From Obrimoposthia wandeli (taxonomy: Eukaryota), in the NCBI GenBank assembly GCA_977020255.1, contig CDROCS010003176.1:62001-126000 (forward strand): a stretch of DNA of 64,000 nt, written 5' to 3'. The position numbers and the translations under genes were made by a program. Shown here piece after piece: positions 10,986-21,425 of this stretch (position 1 is its first letter; each line of letters opens with the position of its first letter). The notes below the pieces were generated by a model. The model saw only the letters and a program-made list of their open reading frames with translations. It had not been told where the DNA came from and ran no database searches.

Positions 10986-10999
10986 TTGACACAGATCAA
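10986..10999. promoter_or_regulatory. Candidate FNR site upstream of the hypothetical membrane protein
   Basis: TTGAC-ACAG-ATCAA, 9/10 match to TTGAT-N4-ATCAA. Confidence 0.45.
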
Positions 11000-11089
11000 T
11001 GCGAAATCAGCTAATAATACCCGCTTAAATACTCTAAAATTATAACCGTAAGCAACTAATAACAACTAGCATAGAGGCATATAAACGAA

Positions 11090-12451
11090 GTGATCACTGT
11101 CGAAAGAAAAGATGGGCATAAACTTAAAATTTCCCATGTCATTCAGGAAACAACTAATCGACAGCTTGATATGTATATTTTCGTTCCTGGTGAACTTGGC
11201 TTGCATTCCAATATCGTTACTGAAGATGAGTTTTATCACAATGCTATTCACGGTAAACGTACGTACTACAGTGACATAAACCACCTGCCACTTGTACACA
11301 GTCGACTCGCCAGCCGAGGTAAGTTATCAAGTGAACAGTATCGTTTAAGTTTGAGTTTATATGCCTACCAGTATGCGCTTGCGCTTGAGAAATCAGCTCA
11401 GCAATTATTAGATGATAAACAAGAACGTGATTTAGAAGAAGTCGCAGAAGTCGCCCAACTTTGTGTGCGCATTCTTAAGCGTTTACGTAGAAGTCGCCCT
11501 ACTGATAAAAAACTGCTGAAATACTACGAAAATATCGATAATTACTTATCGTGGTTTACCGAACAACGTTGCCTTGCATTAGTATCGCATCTACCTCGCG
11601 GCAAAGAATACCCTGAAATTAAGGAAATGCTGCTAGAGACCTGCAAAACAGAATCAGAGCACCGTACTAAGCACGACTACAACTCAACAAAAGCAATGCA
11701 AGATCAAACGCGTATGTCTAACAAGATGCGTTTACTGCGGCGCTTGATTGAATACCCGGTAACAATGAAAGAAAAAACCATTGAACTGGGTAAAAATACT
11801 AAGAAAATTGTGACTGGTTTGGCTGCGGGTATCGTGATGATTTTCGTTACCATTATGCTGATTAAAGCACGCGGTTTCTTAGGTGATATTACGGCTTCTT
11901 TTATCTTGGTACTGTCTTTGATCTATGCGGCTCGTGAAGTATTCAAAGACGATTTGAAAATAATGTTATGGCGTCTATTGCGTAAAGGCAAAGCAAAGTG
12001 GCGTAAGCAATTCTTCGATGCAAATACAGGGCACCTAACAGGTCGTCAGCTTGAATGGCTGGAATATACCAACTACGACGCATTAGAAAGCGATATTAAA
12101 AAGGTACGTAAACACCAAGTATCGCAACGTGAAGAAACGATATTGCATTACAAAAGCACCACTCGTATGTCGCCTACTAAATTTTTAAGTGGTTATGAAC
12201 AAACACTTGAATCGATCATGCTTGATTTACGTGTATTTACCCGTTTAATGGAAAAAGGGTCACAGCGAATTTACCAACTCAATGATGGGCAGGTTACCAA
12301 AGAGTCAGTTGAAAAACGTCACTTAATCAATCTGATCACCAAAGAAACAGATGAAGATGATACGGTACGTATTCAACGATGGAAGATCATCATGAACCGT
12401 TCTCGTATTATTGATGTGGAAGTCATGGAAACAATCACACCTGAAAAATAA
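11090..12451 (+). CDS. Hypothetical protein with two predicted TM helices
   Basis: 453-aa ORF with an AGAGG RBS and GTG start; hydrophobic hairpin IVTGLAAGIVMIFVTIMLI...FILVLSLIYAA; no family recognised. Confidence 0.8.
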   Translation: MITVERKDGHKLKISHVIQETTNRQLDMYIFVPGELGLHSNIVTEDEFYHNAIHGKRTYYSDINHLPLVHSRLASRGKLSSEQYRLSLSLYAYQYALALEKSAQQLLDDKQERDLEEVAEVAQLCVRILKRLRRSRPTDKKLLKYYENIDNYLSWFTEQRCLALVSHLPRGKEYPEIKEMLLETCKTESEHRTKHDYNSTKAMQDQTRMSNKMRLLRRLIEYPVTMKEKTIELGKNTKKIVTGLAAGIVMIFVTIMLIKARGFLGDITASFILVLSLIYAAREVFKDDLKIMLWRLLRKGKAKWRKQFFDANTGHLTGRQLEWLEYTNYDALESDIKKVRKHQVSQREETILHYKSTTRMSPTKFLSGYEQTLESIMLDLRVFTRLMEKGSQRIYQLNDGQVTKESVEKRHLINLITKETDEDDTVRIQRWKIIMNRSRIIDVEVMETITPEK

Positions 12452-12533
12452 CATCGCCATTGTTCTTAGGTTCAAGAGCCAAAACATCCATCTCAAGCGG
12501 ATCTTTATTGAGATCAAATAGCTCAATATCATT

Positions 12534-12572
12534 AGAACAGTAAAACTAACAGGTCGTTAGTTTTACTGTTCT
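12534..12572. terminator. 17-bp perfect stem hairpin between convergent genes
   Basis: AGAACAGTAAAACTAAC-AGGTC-GTTAGTTTTACTGTTCT. Confidence 0.65.
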
Positions 12573-12590
12573 GAATAGGAAACTGAACGT

Positions 12591-13859
12591 TTATGCGTTA
12601 AGTGCTTGTTCTAAATCAGCAAGAATGTCCTCAATGTGTTCTATCCCCACAGATAGACGGATCATTTCAGGGGATACGCCCGCTTGCTTTTGTTCTTGTT
12701 CATTGAGTTGTCTGTGTGTCGTCGATGCTGGGTGGCAGGCTAAAGATTTTGCATCCCCAATATTGACTAATCGTTTGAAGATATTCAGGGCATCATAAAA
12801 ACGAACGCCAGCATCATACCCGCCTTTTAATCCAAAAGAGAGGATCCCAGATGGTTTACCTTTCATGTACTTTTTAGCTAATGAATAATGCTTTGAATCA
12901 GGAAGACCAGCATAATTAACCCACTCTACTTTATCGTGCTGATGGAGATATTCAGCGACTTTGAGGGCATTTTCAGTATGTCTTTCCATTCGCAGCGATA
13001 AGGTTTCTAAGCCTTGCATTAGCATAAATGCATTCATAGGAGATAGCGCTGAGCCTGTATTGCGTAATGGTACCGTGCGCGCTCGTCCGATGAAGGCCGC
13101 TTCACCGAATGCTTCGGTATATACCACGCCGTGATAAGACGGTTCAGGTTGGTTAAATACTGGAAAACGATCTTTGTGCTCAGCCCAAGGGAATTTGCCA
13201 GAATCGACAATCATGCCACCGAGTGTTGTACCGTGACCACCGACGTATTTCGTTAAAGAATGTACAACGATATCGGCGCCAAATTCGATAGGCTTACATA
13301 ATACGGGTGTTGCAACGGTATTATCGACAATAACAGGCACACCTTGCGCATGAGCAAGCTCTGCGACTCGCTCTAAATCAATGATGTTACCCGCTGGGTT
13401 ACCAATACTTTCACAGAAAATGGCTTTGGTTTTTTCGTCGATAAGTTCCGCTAAGCTTTCTGGTTTATCGTCTTTCGCAAAGCGTACTTCAATGCCTTGG
13501 TTTGGTAACATATGAGCAAATAAGGTGTAAGAGCCACCGTAGAGCTGTGGTGTTGCAACGATATTATCGCCCATTTGTGCCAATGTTAGAATCGCATAAT
13601 TGATAGCTGCACTGCCTGCACTTACTGCTAATCCTGCAACGCCTCCTTCTAGTGCTGCCATGCGCTTTTCCAGCACATCGTTAGTTGGGTTCATAATACG
13701 AGTATAAATGTTCCCTGGTACTGCTAGATTAAAAAGGTCTGCGCCGTGTTGTGCGTTATCAAACTCATAAGCGACAGTTTGGTAAATTGGCGTGGCGACA
13801 GATTTAGTCGTTGGATCGGTTTCATAACCAAAGTGGATCGAGAGTGTTTCGTCTTTCAT
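12591..13859 (-). CDS. metY: O-acetylhomoserine sulfhydrylase (Cys/Met metabolism PLP enzyme)
   Basis: PIYQT, GNIYTRIMNPT, PLP-Lys HSLTKYVGGHG, NIGDAKSL, HPASTTH; start at MKDETL. Confidence 0.88.
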   Translation of the reverse strand: MKDETLSIHFGYETDPTTKSVATPIYQTVAYEFDNAQHGADLFNLAVPGNIYTRIMNPTNDVLEKRMAALEGGVAGLAVSAGSAAINYAILTLAQMGDNIVATPQLYGGSYTLFAHMLPNQGIEVRFAKDDKPESLAELIDEKTKAIFCESIGNPAGNIIDLERVAELAHAQGVPVIVDNTVATPVLCKPIEFGADIVVHSLTKYVGGHGTTLGGMIVDSGKFPWAEHKDRFPVFNQPEPSYHGVVYTEAFGEAAFIGRARTVPLRNTGSALSPMNAFMLMQGLETLSLRMERHTENALKVAEYLHQHDKVEWVNYAGLPDSKHYSLAKKYMKGKPSGILSFGLKGGYDAGVRFYDALNIFKRLVNIGDAKSLACHPASTTHRQLNEQEQKQAGVSPEMIRLSVGIEHIEDILADLEQALNA

Positions 13860-14140
13860 TGTTCTTCCTTGAATATAATTAATGGACAATTTTTTATACG
13901 TTTTCTATCTAAACACGTATAAAAAGCCGTTTCTGCTATCTATGGAGTATAAGGCCAATGGGGCGATTTCGTATCCTAATAAATATTTATACACTAATTA
14001 GATACAGTAAAGCTAAAGCAATAGTATCGTTGTTGTATTAAACGTCATAAACAAGGCTATCATTTAGATAGTTAAGCAAACTAGCTTACCAACTAATAAG
14101 GGATATCGGCGGTAATTTCCTGTCGATAAAACGTGACGTT

Positions 14141-14165
14141 GCTAAGGGGCTAAGGGGCTAAGGGG
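14141..14165 (+). repeat. (GCTAAGGG)3 tandem repeat covering the RBS of the downstream gene
   Basis: gctaaggg-gctaaggg-gctaaggg-g directly before TATTG-ATG. Confidence 0.8.
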
Positions 14166-14170
14166 TATTG

Positions 14171-14383
14171 ATGAATAATATTAATCCAAAGAAATTACTT
14201 AATAGTAAATGGACAGCCGTTGATCCTGTCAAAAGGGAAAAACATTTTTTAGTCACTGAAGTCGAATTCGAAGAAAATGACGTTATACATTGCCTAATAG
14301 AAGCCGTTATCTCTAAACGTACACAATCGATCAACTGGAAAGATCTGAAAAATCAAGACAATTGGCTGCTAGGCTGGAAATAA
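14171..14383 (+). CDS. TIGR02450-like Trp-rich small protein
   Basis: INPKKLLNSKWTAV...EKHFLVT...WKDLK...WLLGW. Confidence 0.85.
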   Translation: MNNINPKKLLNSKWTAVDPVKREKHFLVTEVEFEENDVIHCLIEAVISKRTQSINWKDLKNQDNWLLGWK

Positions 14384-14524
14384 GAAAACACATTGCAGGC
14401 TGAGTATTTAACAAGTCGGAGAACAGTTTACTACAACCATAATGACCTCTTATTAAGCCAGTGGTGGTCAAGATGGATTGTAGTATTATTTTGCTGAGAT
14501 GAGCTCAAGACTAACTATCAAAGT

Positions 14525-15154
14525 TTAGTCATTAACTAGCTCAACCACTTCTCGAGTTAAGCGAGCGATCGTATCCCAATCTCTACTTTCAATGAGTTTT
14601 TTATCCACCATCCAAGTTCCACCACACGCCAATACCTGCGGAATGGATAGATAATTTTTTATATTATTGACAGTGATACCGCCAGTCGGCATTAATTTGA
14701 TATCGCCATAAGGTGCGACTAAAGACTTAACCATATTTATGCCGCCAGAAGCCTCTGCTGGGAAAAATTTAAGCGTTGTAATTCCCATTTCTAATGCTGC
14801 TTCAACGGTACTTGGGTTATTTACCCCAGGAATAATTGTTATCCCCATATCTTGGCATGCTTTAACAGTATTAGGGTTAAATCCTGGTGAAACAATAAAA
14901 GTGGCGCCTGCTTCTTTGGCTTCTTTAACTTGCTGACGATTAAGTATAGTTCCAGCGCCAATTAACATGTGAGGTTGTGATTCGCGGAGCAAGCGAATTG
15001 CATCTACGGCAGCCGCAGAGCGAAACGTAATTTCAGCAGCTGGCAGTCCATTATCAGATAACACTTTCCCTAATGGGATAATATCTTCAGCATTATCTAG
15101 CGCAATAACTGGAATAATTTTTAGTGTTTTAAGTTGTTCATTAATTGTAGGCAT
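14525..15154 (-). CDS. eda: KDPG/KHG aldolase
   Basis: AEITFRS, IGAGT, FIVSPG, KFFPAEASGG and MPTGGI. Confidence 0.93.
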   Translation of the reverse strand: MPTINEQLKTLKIIPVIALDNAEDIIPLGKVLSDNGLPAAEITFRSAAAVDAIRLLRESQPHMLIGAGTILNRQQVKEAKEAGATFIVSPGFNPNTVKACQDMGITIIPGVNNPSTVEAALEMGITTLKFFPAEASGGINMVKSLVAPYGDIKLMPTGGITVNNIKNYLSIPQVLACGGTWMVDKKLIESRDWDTIARLTREVVELVND

Positions 15155-15162
15155 TTTTATTC

Positions 15163-16119
15163 TTACTGTAAGTTGAAAAGGGTATCAGTCATTTCTTTAG
15201 GAATGATTGCGCCATGATGTTGTATAACTAGCCTTGCTAACGCATTGCCTTGATGGCATGACGCCACCACTGAGCCACCAGATAGATAGCAAGATAAAAA
15301 TCCACCATTAAAGGAATCCCCCGCAGACGTACTATCAACGACAATATCGACTGGGCTGGTAGCTATGTGTGCGGGAGAGCTCCCTAAACGTTCACTTACA
15401 AGGCATCCTTCTGCGCCGAGCTTTACAATAACCGTTTTTACACCCAAATTATGAAGCCTAGAAATGGTCTCTTGTGGCTTAGTATCTCCCCATAGAAGTT
15501 GTTCATCTTCAAAAGTAACCAATGCGATGTCTGTTACTTGATAAGCAAGCTGATAAACCTCTTTTGCTGCAAAGATTGATGTCCACAAATTAGGCCTGTA
15601 ATTGCTATCAAAAGTAACTTCAATTCCTTGGTTGCGTAATTCTTCCAAAAATGACAATAAATCGATTTGATCTTGATACGGTAGGATCGCGAGGCTAATA
15701 CCGCTAAAAAACACCATATCAACAGAACGAAGTTCCTGTTTAAGTTGACAAAAATTAGGGTGTTGTATCATGTAGCGCGCCGCTGAATCATTGCGCCAAT
15801 AGAGAAAGTTTCTTTCTCCTTTATCATCAAGTTGGATCAAGTATAGTCCGGGAGTTCGATTTTCATCCCTTAAGACTAAGTCTGTCGATATTCCTTCATT
15901 TTTCCAACGAGAAATCATTTCTTCACTGATAAGATCAGTGCCTAATGACGTCACATAACTAGTGCGTGTCACATGTGAACATGTTGTATCGTCTTGCAAG
16001 CAACGATTTAAATATATCGCCGCATTTAAAGTGTCACCACCATAGCTTTGATGCATCTCTCCAAATGGTGAGCCGTTTAATTCAATCATGCACTCACCGA
16101 TGATAGCGATGTGGCTCAT
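15163..16119 (-). CDS. kdgK: 2-keto-3-deoxygluconate kinase (PfkB family)
   Basis: GECMIEL, GGDTLN, FDSNYRPNLW and DSTSAGDSFNGGF. Confidence 0.9.
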   Translation of the reverse strand: MSHIAIIGECMIELNGSPFGEMHQSYGGDTLNAAIYLNRCLQDDTTCSHVTRTSYVTSLGTDLISEEMISRWKNEGISTDLVLRDENRTPGLYLIQLDDKGERNFLYWRNDSAARYMIQHPNFCQLKQELRSVDMVFFSGISLAILPYQDQIDLLSFLEELRNQGIEVTFDSNYRPNLWTSIFAAKEVYQLAYQVTDIALVTFEDEQLLWGDTKPQETISRLHNLGVKTVIVKLGAEGCLVSERLGSSPAHIATSPVDIVVDSTSAGDSFNGGFLSCYLSGGSVVASCHQGNALARLVIQHHGAIIPKEMTDTLFNLQ

Positions 16120-16168
16120 AAGTCTGCCCTTATCGATATAGTTTTCTATTGTTTGGGGTTCTAACTAA

Positions 16169-16195
16169 GTGGGTCATAACAGTGTCATGACCCAC
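16169..16195. promoter_or_regulatory. Intercistronic stem-loop between the PTS gene and kdgK
   Basis: GTGGGTCAT-N9-ATGACCCAC, no U-tract. Confidence 0.45.
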
Positions 16196-16236
16196 GCTTA
16201 ATTAATCCAGTTCTAGGAGAATTTAATCTATATAAA

Positions 16237-17670
16237 TTACTTATGATCCAATTTAACGAAAAGCAGGGCCAAAATATAAGAGAGTGCAAATACGCCACAC
16301 ATCGCAATAATCGCTTGAATAAAGTTTTGTGTCCCTCCAGAAAGGTAAGCTGGCAAACTGAATACAGAAGACAAGACATAGGTCGTTAAGTGAGTATCAA
16401 TAGTTACTGATATCGCACCAAAAATCCCGGCAGCCAAGCTTGCAGTCATTAATGCCCTAGTGTATTTAGTTAACACGCCAAATAAAGCAGGTTCAGTAAT
16501 GCCTAAAATCGCAGTAACACCTGAACTCGCAGTAACTGAAGACTCCGCTTTAGAAACAAATTTGCGCTGTTTGTGCCAGATCGCCATCGTTGCCCCAGCG
16601 ATAGCTAGATTGCCTAGACACATAATTGGCATCAATAAGTCTTTGCCGTAAAGTGAAAAATTATTCAAACTAATTGGCGTCATACTATGGTGAATACCAA
16701 AAACAATAGTGATTGGTCGAGTTATACCAAAAACAAAGCCCGTAAGTGTTGGTGATATTTCGAGTAGTGATCCAACCGCCCAGCCTGCCCCGTTACTCAG
16801 CCAAATACCTGCAGGACCTACAAATGATAAAGTGATCGTTGACGTAACAGTGAATGCTAAAAGTGGAGTAAGTACAGGCTTGGCCGCAGATGGAACAAGT
16901 CTATCGACCAAAGGTGTCACTTTCGAAAGCAGCCAAATAGCTAATATCGCTGGTATAATGGCCCCTCCGTAATTCAGTAGTTCGATGGGCACAACCCCAA
17001 GAATGGTTAATTCAGGTGCTGCACCAATATCTTTAAGCTGCGCAGCTTTATCTATAAGCTTTGGAGCAAGCATGGCCGACGAAACGGCAATCGCAATATA
17101 CTCATTTACCTTGAAGATCTTTGCAGCGGAAAAAGAAACGAGCATTGGTAAGAAGAAAAAGACAGCTACAGATATGGAGCGAAAGAAATATACCGTATCT
17201 GAATTTTCAGAAATAACATTTGTTGCAATTAGGCCAGATAGCAGCCCCATTAGCATACCCGCCCCTGCTATGGCTGGTACTACAGGGCCAAAAATTCCCG
17301 CGACGATTCGCATCAATCCCTGAAATAGTTTACCTTTTTCAAGATTATCAGATACAACGGCATCATCCTGTGACGTGTTTGAAATCGCGTTGTACCACTT
17401 TTCAACATCAACACCGATGATCACCTGTGTCTGTCCTTGCTGGAGCACAACACCTTTAACGGCGGCAATCTTCTTGATTTCGTCTTCATTAGCTAAAGAT
17501 TCATCAACAAGCTTGAACCTAAGTCTTGTCATACAATGCGTAACATTTATTATATTTTGTTCACTACCGAGAGCATTGATTAATAACTGTATATTTTCAT
17601 TGAATTTCTGATTTTTCGATGACGAGCTTGTGTTGTTAGCAATATCGCCATTCGTTTCAATAATTTGCAT
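16237..17670 (-). CDS. PTS EIIBC component (Glc superfamily, sucrose/beta-glucoside type)
   Basis: EIIB phospho-Cys motif THCMTRLRF; EIIC motifs FFFLP, VIFGIHH-like and GITEPALFG; no EIIA domain. Confidence 0.92.
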   Translation of the reverse strand: MQIIETNGDIANNTSSSSKNQKFNENIQLLINALGSEQNIINVTHCMTRLRFKLVDESLANEDEIKKIAAVKGVVLQQGQTQVIIGVDVEKWYNAISNTSQDDAVVSDNLEKGKLFQGLMRIVAGIFGPVVPAIAGAGMLMGLLSGLIATNVISENSDTVYFFRSISVAVFFFLPMLVSFSAAKIFKVNEYIAIAVSSAMLAPKLIDKAAQLKDIGAAPELTILGVVPIELLNYGGAIIPAILAIWLLSKVTPLVDRLVPSAAKPVLTPLLAFTVTSTITLSFVGPAGIWLSNGAGWAVGSLLEISPTLTGFVFGITRPITIVFGIHHSMTPISLNNFSLYGKDLLMPIMCLGNLAIAGATMAIWHKQRKFVSKAESSVTASSGVTAILGITEPALFGVLTKYTRALMTASLAAGIFGAISVTIDTHLTTYVLSSVFSLPAYLSGGTQNFIQAIIAMCGVFALSYILALLFVKLDHK

Positions 17671-17886
17671 AACGTACCTATAACTGGAAATGACTTAACA
17701 CGAGCTATCATATCTACAATTAATATTAATCCAATCGCAGAAAAGGAGAGCAAAATCACACTTAAATATGGAATATTTCTTTTTTCACCTTTTTCATCGA
17801 ATTGGTCTGTTTTATTTACAAATATAAAAACCTTTCCGTACCAATTATTTTCTTACAAAATTACCACTTGAAATATATTTTTTATA

Positions 17887-17902
17887 CCTGTTATATAATA
17901 GG
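17887..17902. promoter_or_regulatory. Candidate GntR/HutC-type operator in the divergent promoter region
   Basis: Near-perfect palindrome CCTGTTATATAATAGG (one mismatch). Confidence 0.45.
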
Positions 17903-17930
17903 AGTTAACATTATTTCAGGTTATTTAATT

Positions 17931-19130
17931 GTGAAGAAGACTATAATATCCGATGTGCACTGTATAATCACTAAACCAGACAGACACAACTTAATAACGG
18001 TTGTCGTTGAAACCGACGAGGGTGTAACTGGCTTTGGATGTGCCACGTTTCAGCAGCGGCCACTCGCAGTAAAAGCTATGGTTGATGAATATTTAAAACC
18101 TATTCTCATCGGTAAAGATGCTAATAACATTGAAGATCTTTGGCAGATGATGATGGTTAATGCTTATTGGCGAAATGGGCCTGTCATTAACAATGCTATC
18201 TCTGGTGTAGACATGGCACTGTGGGATATAAAAGCTAAATTAGCTAAAATGCCTCTACATCAATTATTTGGTGGGAAATCTCGCGATGCCATTCCAGTAT
18301 ATACTCACGCAACAAGTGATACTATGGATGGCATTTATGAGTTGGTCGATTCTTTTTTAAATAAAGGATATAAACACATACGTTGTCAATTAGGATTTTA
18401 TGGTGGCGTTCCCAGCAATATAAATACAGCTCAAAACCCTACTGATGGTTCATATTACGATCAAGATCAGTATATGGACAATACATTAACCATGTTTAGA
18501 CTTCTTAGAGAAAAATATGGTAATAAATTTCATATCCTACATGATGTGCATGAGCGGTTATTTCCGAATCAAGCCATTCAATTTGCCAAAGATGTAGAGC
18601 AATATAAACCCTATTTCATTGAAGATATTTTGCCACCCAGTCAAACAGAGTGGTTAGATAATATTAGAAGTCAAACGTCGGTATCTCTTGGTCTGGGTGA
18701 ATTATTCAATAACCCAGAGGAATGGAAATCTTTAATCAGCAACCGTCGTATTGATTTTATTCGTTGTCACGTATCGCAAATTGGTGGTATTACCCCTGCA
18801 CTAAAGCTTGGGCATTTGTGTCAAAACTTTGGTGTTAGAATTGCTTGGCATTGCCCGCCAGATATGACGCCCATAGGCGCTGCGGTCAATACACATTTAA
18901 ATGTCCATTTGCATAATGCTGCCATTCAAGAGCATGTCGAATATAACGATAATACGAAGATGGTATTTCCAAATGCGGCTGAACCTAAAAATGGTTATTT
19001 GTATGCTTCTGAAATTGAAGGGATCGGTGTCGAAATTGATCTTGAAGCAGCTTCAAAGTTTCCCGTAGTTTATCGTCCTCATGAGTGGACTCAAAGTAGG
19101 CTCCCTGATGGGTCTATTCACACACCTTAA
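17931..19130 (+). CDS. Enolase-superfamily acid-sugar dehydratase (mannonate dehydratase/RspA subgroup)
   Basis: GTG start; [42 protein letters not shown] and AWHCPPD. Confidence 0.9.
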   Translation: MKKTIISDVHCIITKPDRHNLITVVVETDEGVTGFGCATFQQRPLAVKAMVDEYLKPILIGKDANNIEDLWQMMMVNAYWRNGPVINNAISGVDMALWDIKAKLAKMPLHQLFGGKSRDAIPVYTHATSDTMDGIYELVDSFLNKGYKHIRCQLGFYGGVPSNINTAQNPTDGSYYDQDQYMDNTLTMFRLLREKYGNKFHILHDVHERLFPNQAIQFAKDVEQYKPYFIEDILPPSQTEWLDNIRSQTSVSLGLGELFNNPEEWKSLISNRRIDFIRCHVSQIGGITPALKLGHLCQNFGVRIAWHCPPDMTPIGAAVNTHLNVHLHNAAIQEHVEYNDNTKMVFPNAAEPKNGYLYASEIEGIGVEIDLEAASKFPVVYRPHEWTQSRLPDGSIHTP

Positions 19131-19146
19131 GATAGTAACGACTAAG

Positions 19147-19172
19147 AAAATAGCCGCTAGAGCGGCTATTTT
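19147..19172. terminator. Bidirectional terminator overlapping the GntR stop codon
   Basis: AAAATAGCCGCT-AG-AGCGGCTATTTT. Confidence 0.8.
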
Positions 19173-19873
19173 TTATCTCTGTAGTCAATACTTTCACTGT
19201 TGAATGGGGTGTGATAAGTACATTGGTAATTTATATCAATAATGTCACTCACAATAAATAACGCCCCTGCATTAAGAAATCCCCGATTCGTTATATTCAT
19301 TGCCGCTGTGTTTTTTTTACACCCAAGCACGTCCGAATCTTCCTTTGATACACTAATAGCTTTATATGTTGTTAAATAGCTATCTATATGGAGCCCAAGA
19401 GATAAGGCATGTTTTTGCAATGAACTTTCAATAATGAAAGTGTTCATCTCAGGAAATATCTTTACTGGAATCTTAGCCTCTTCAATTTGAATAACTTTGT
19501 CATGAATCAGCCTTAACCGCCTAACATTCCATATATATTCACTATCAGTAAGAGCGAATATTTGCTTCTCATGATGCGTTGGCAGTCTTTTATTGAGTTT
19601 GATTTTTTTATATGAGATTTCTTCAAAACTATTTTCAGTAATAGAGTTATATATTAGAGGAGTTTCGATAATTGAAGCATTAACAAAGTAGCCTGACCCA
19701 AGTTTTGCAGTAACAATTCCTATTGCTTCAAGCTTTGCCAGAGCCTTTCTGATTGTAAATCTTGATAACCCATATATTTCGGAAAGATCTCTTTCTGAAG
19801 GTAATTTATGGCTAATACTATTTTGACAAATCTTACTCACAATATCTTGAACTACCAATTCATACTTTTTCAT
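19166..19873 (-). CDS. GntR-family regulator (HutC/UTRA type)
   Basis: KLPSERDLSEIYGLSRFTIRKAL wHTH plus a UTRA-like C-terminal domain; start at MKKYEL. Confidence 0.9.
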   Translation of the reverse strand: MKKYELVVQDIVSKICQNSISHKLPSERDLSEIYGLSRFTIRKALAKLEAIGIVTAKLGSGYFVNASIIETPLIYNSITENSFEEISYKKIKLNKRLPTHHEKQIFALTDSEYIWNVRRLRLIHDKVIQIEEAKIPVKIFPEMNTFIIESSLQKHALSLGLHIDSYLTTYKAISVSKEDSDVLGCKKNTAAMNITNRGFLNAGALFIVSDIIDINYQCTYHTPFNSESIDYRDKK

Positions 19874-20325
19874 GCTACTCAACAAAAAATAAATTAACCT
19901 CATGTCTTTATTACGTTAGTAATAAATGTAAATTTGAGGCTTTGATAAATATGAATTAATTTATCAAATATAAGATATTAAGTAGTATAACATATAATTA
20001 GCACCGTTTAATTGAGACTTTTTAACAAATCACTTATTTCTGATTCTCTGTTTAGAACAATTGAGTATGCAACTGAGAAGCTGCACAATGCAGTTGGGTG
20101 ATTCCTTGCTTTTTTCTATCACGTTAGTGATGATGTTATCTAAATTTAGAAATAAAACAGTAATCATTTATGATAATAATATCAACACATTCAACCAGCA
20201 TCTAAGTGAAGCTATAAACAATTAGGCAATCTTTTCCAGTAGCCTATCATGCCAGTTATATCATTTTAATACAGATTAGAGCACCAACTATCAGCGGCCT
20301 AACCTGTGCGAATAGATACGATATG

Positions 20326-21096
20326 CTATTGCCGTTCTTTTAGATAATTATTTTCCATTAGTTCTTCATTTAACCCGCTTAGCTTCATCTGATCCATAAT
20401 AAAGTTAACGGCATTCAACAATCGCTGTTCACTCTTCGGAACCAAATAACCAAACTGACCTTTGGTGAATGGATCGTCACATCGGGCGGCTTCTAAACGT
20501 TCATCCGTAACTTGATAAAACAAACCCTCAGGGGTTTCGGTTACCATTACATCTACCTTGCCGTCAGCTACGGCTTTCGGTACATCTAGATTGTTTTCAA
20601 AGCGGGTAAAGGCGGCCTTTTGTAGATTTGCATCAGCAAAAGCTTCGTTGGTTCCACCGATGTTAACACCAATACGTACTGAAGCTTGGTTGACTTTATC
20701 AAGAGAATTGAACTGTTCAGTTTTTCCTTTCGCAACCAAAAAGCATTTTCCAAACGTCATATAGCCTTGAGTTTGCTCTGCATTCAGCTGGCGTTGTATT
20801 TTCCGTGTAATACCGCCCATGGCAATATCATATTTATCGCTATTCAAATCGTTTAATAGATCTTTCCACGTAGTGGGAACAAGTTTTAGTTCAACACCTA
20901 ATTCTTTGGCTATGTGGGTGGCCACATCAATGTCGTAACCGGAATACTGCTTCCCATCGTAATAAGAGAACGGCTTATAATCCCCTGTTGTACCTACACG
21001 TAATGTGCCTGTCTTTTCAATATCTTCCAGTTGATCTGAGTTGGCTGCACCAGATAGGGTAACTGCAACCCCAATAACTAAGAGCGATTTTTTCAT
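20326..21096 (-). CDS. Periplasmic SBP-family-3 protein, cyclohexadienyl dehydratase (PheC)-like
   Basis: Signal peptide; LRVGTTGDYKPFS, GYDID, GGIT, NIGGTNE and DVMVTE. Confidence 0.8.
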   Translation of the reverse strand: MKKSLLVIGVAVTLSGAANSDQLEDIEKTGTLRVGTTGDYKPFSYYDGKQYSGYDIDVATHIAKELGVELKLVPTTWKDLLNDLNSDKYDIAMGGITRKIQRQLNAEQTQGYMTFGKCFLVAKGKTEQFNSLDKVNQASVRIGVNIGGTNEAFADANLQKAAFTRFENNLDVPKAVADGKVDVMVTETPEGLFYQVTDERLEAARCDDPFTKGQFGYLVPKSEQRLLNAVNFIMDQMKLSGLNEELMENNYLKERQ

Positions 21097-21425
21097 TATT
21101 ATATTCATATTGTGATTGCTAGAAGTCTGAGATTAGCAGAAAGAACCGAAAAAAGAGAACTAATGAATTATCGTTTAGGGCTTATTTAGTTGAGTGTAAT
21201 ATCGAGTTAGCCTATCGGTAAATCAAATTCTCCCTAAGAGCTTTCATGCTATAGCCCTCCTTAATACGTTAACAATTCATTCATTATCTTTAATGATTAA
21301 CTATATCTACACATCTTCTGTTTTTATCTTTGCTTTATAATTCCTCCGGTTCCAAACATAACTATTTTAATAATAAATCAAACCATTTTCTATTTATCTT
21401 TTTCATATTAACGAGGGATCAACAC

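Noticed and set aside
13890-13960. MetJ boxes upstream of metY
   Set aside because: Only weak, non-tandem matches to AGACGTCT.
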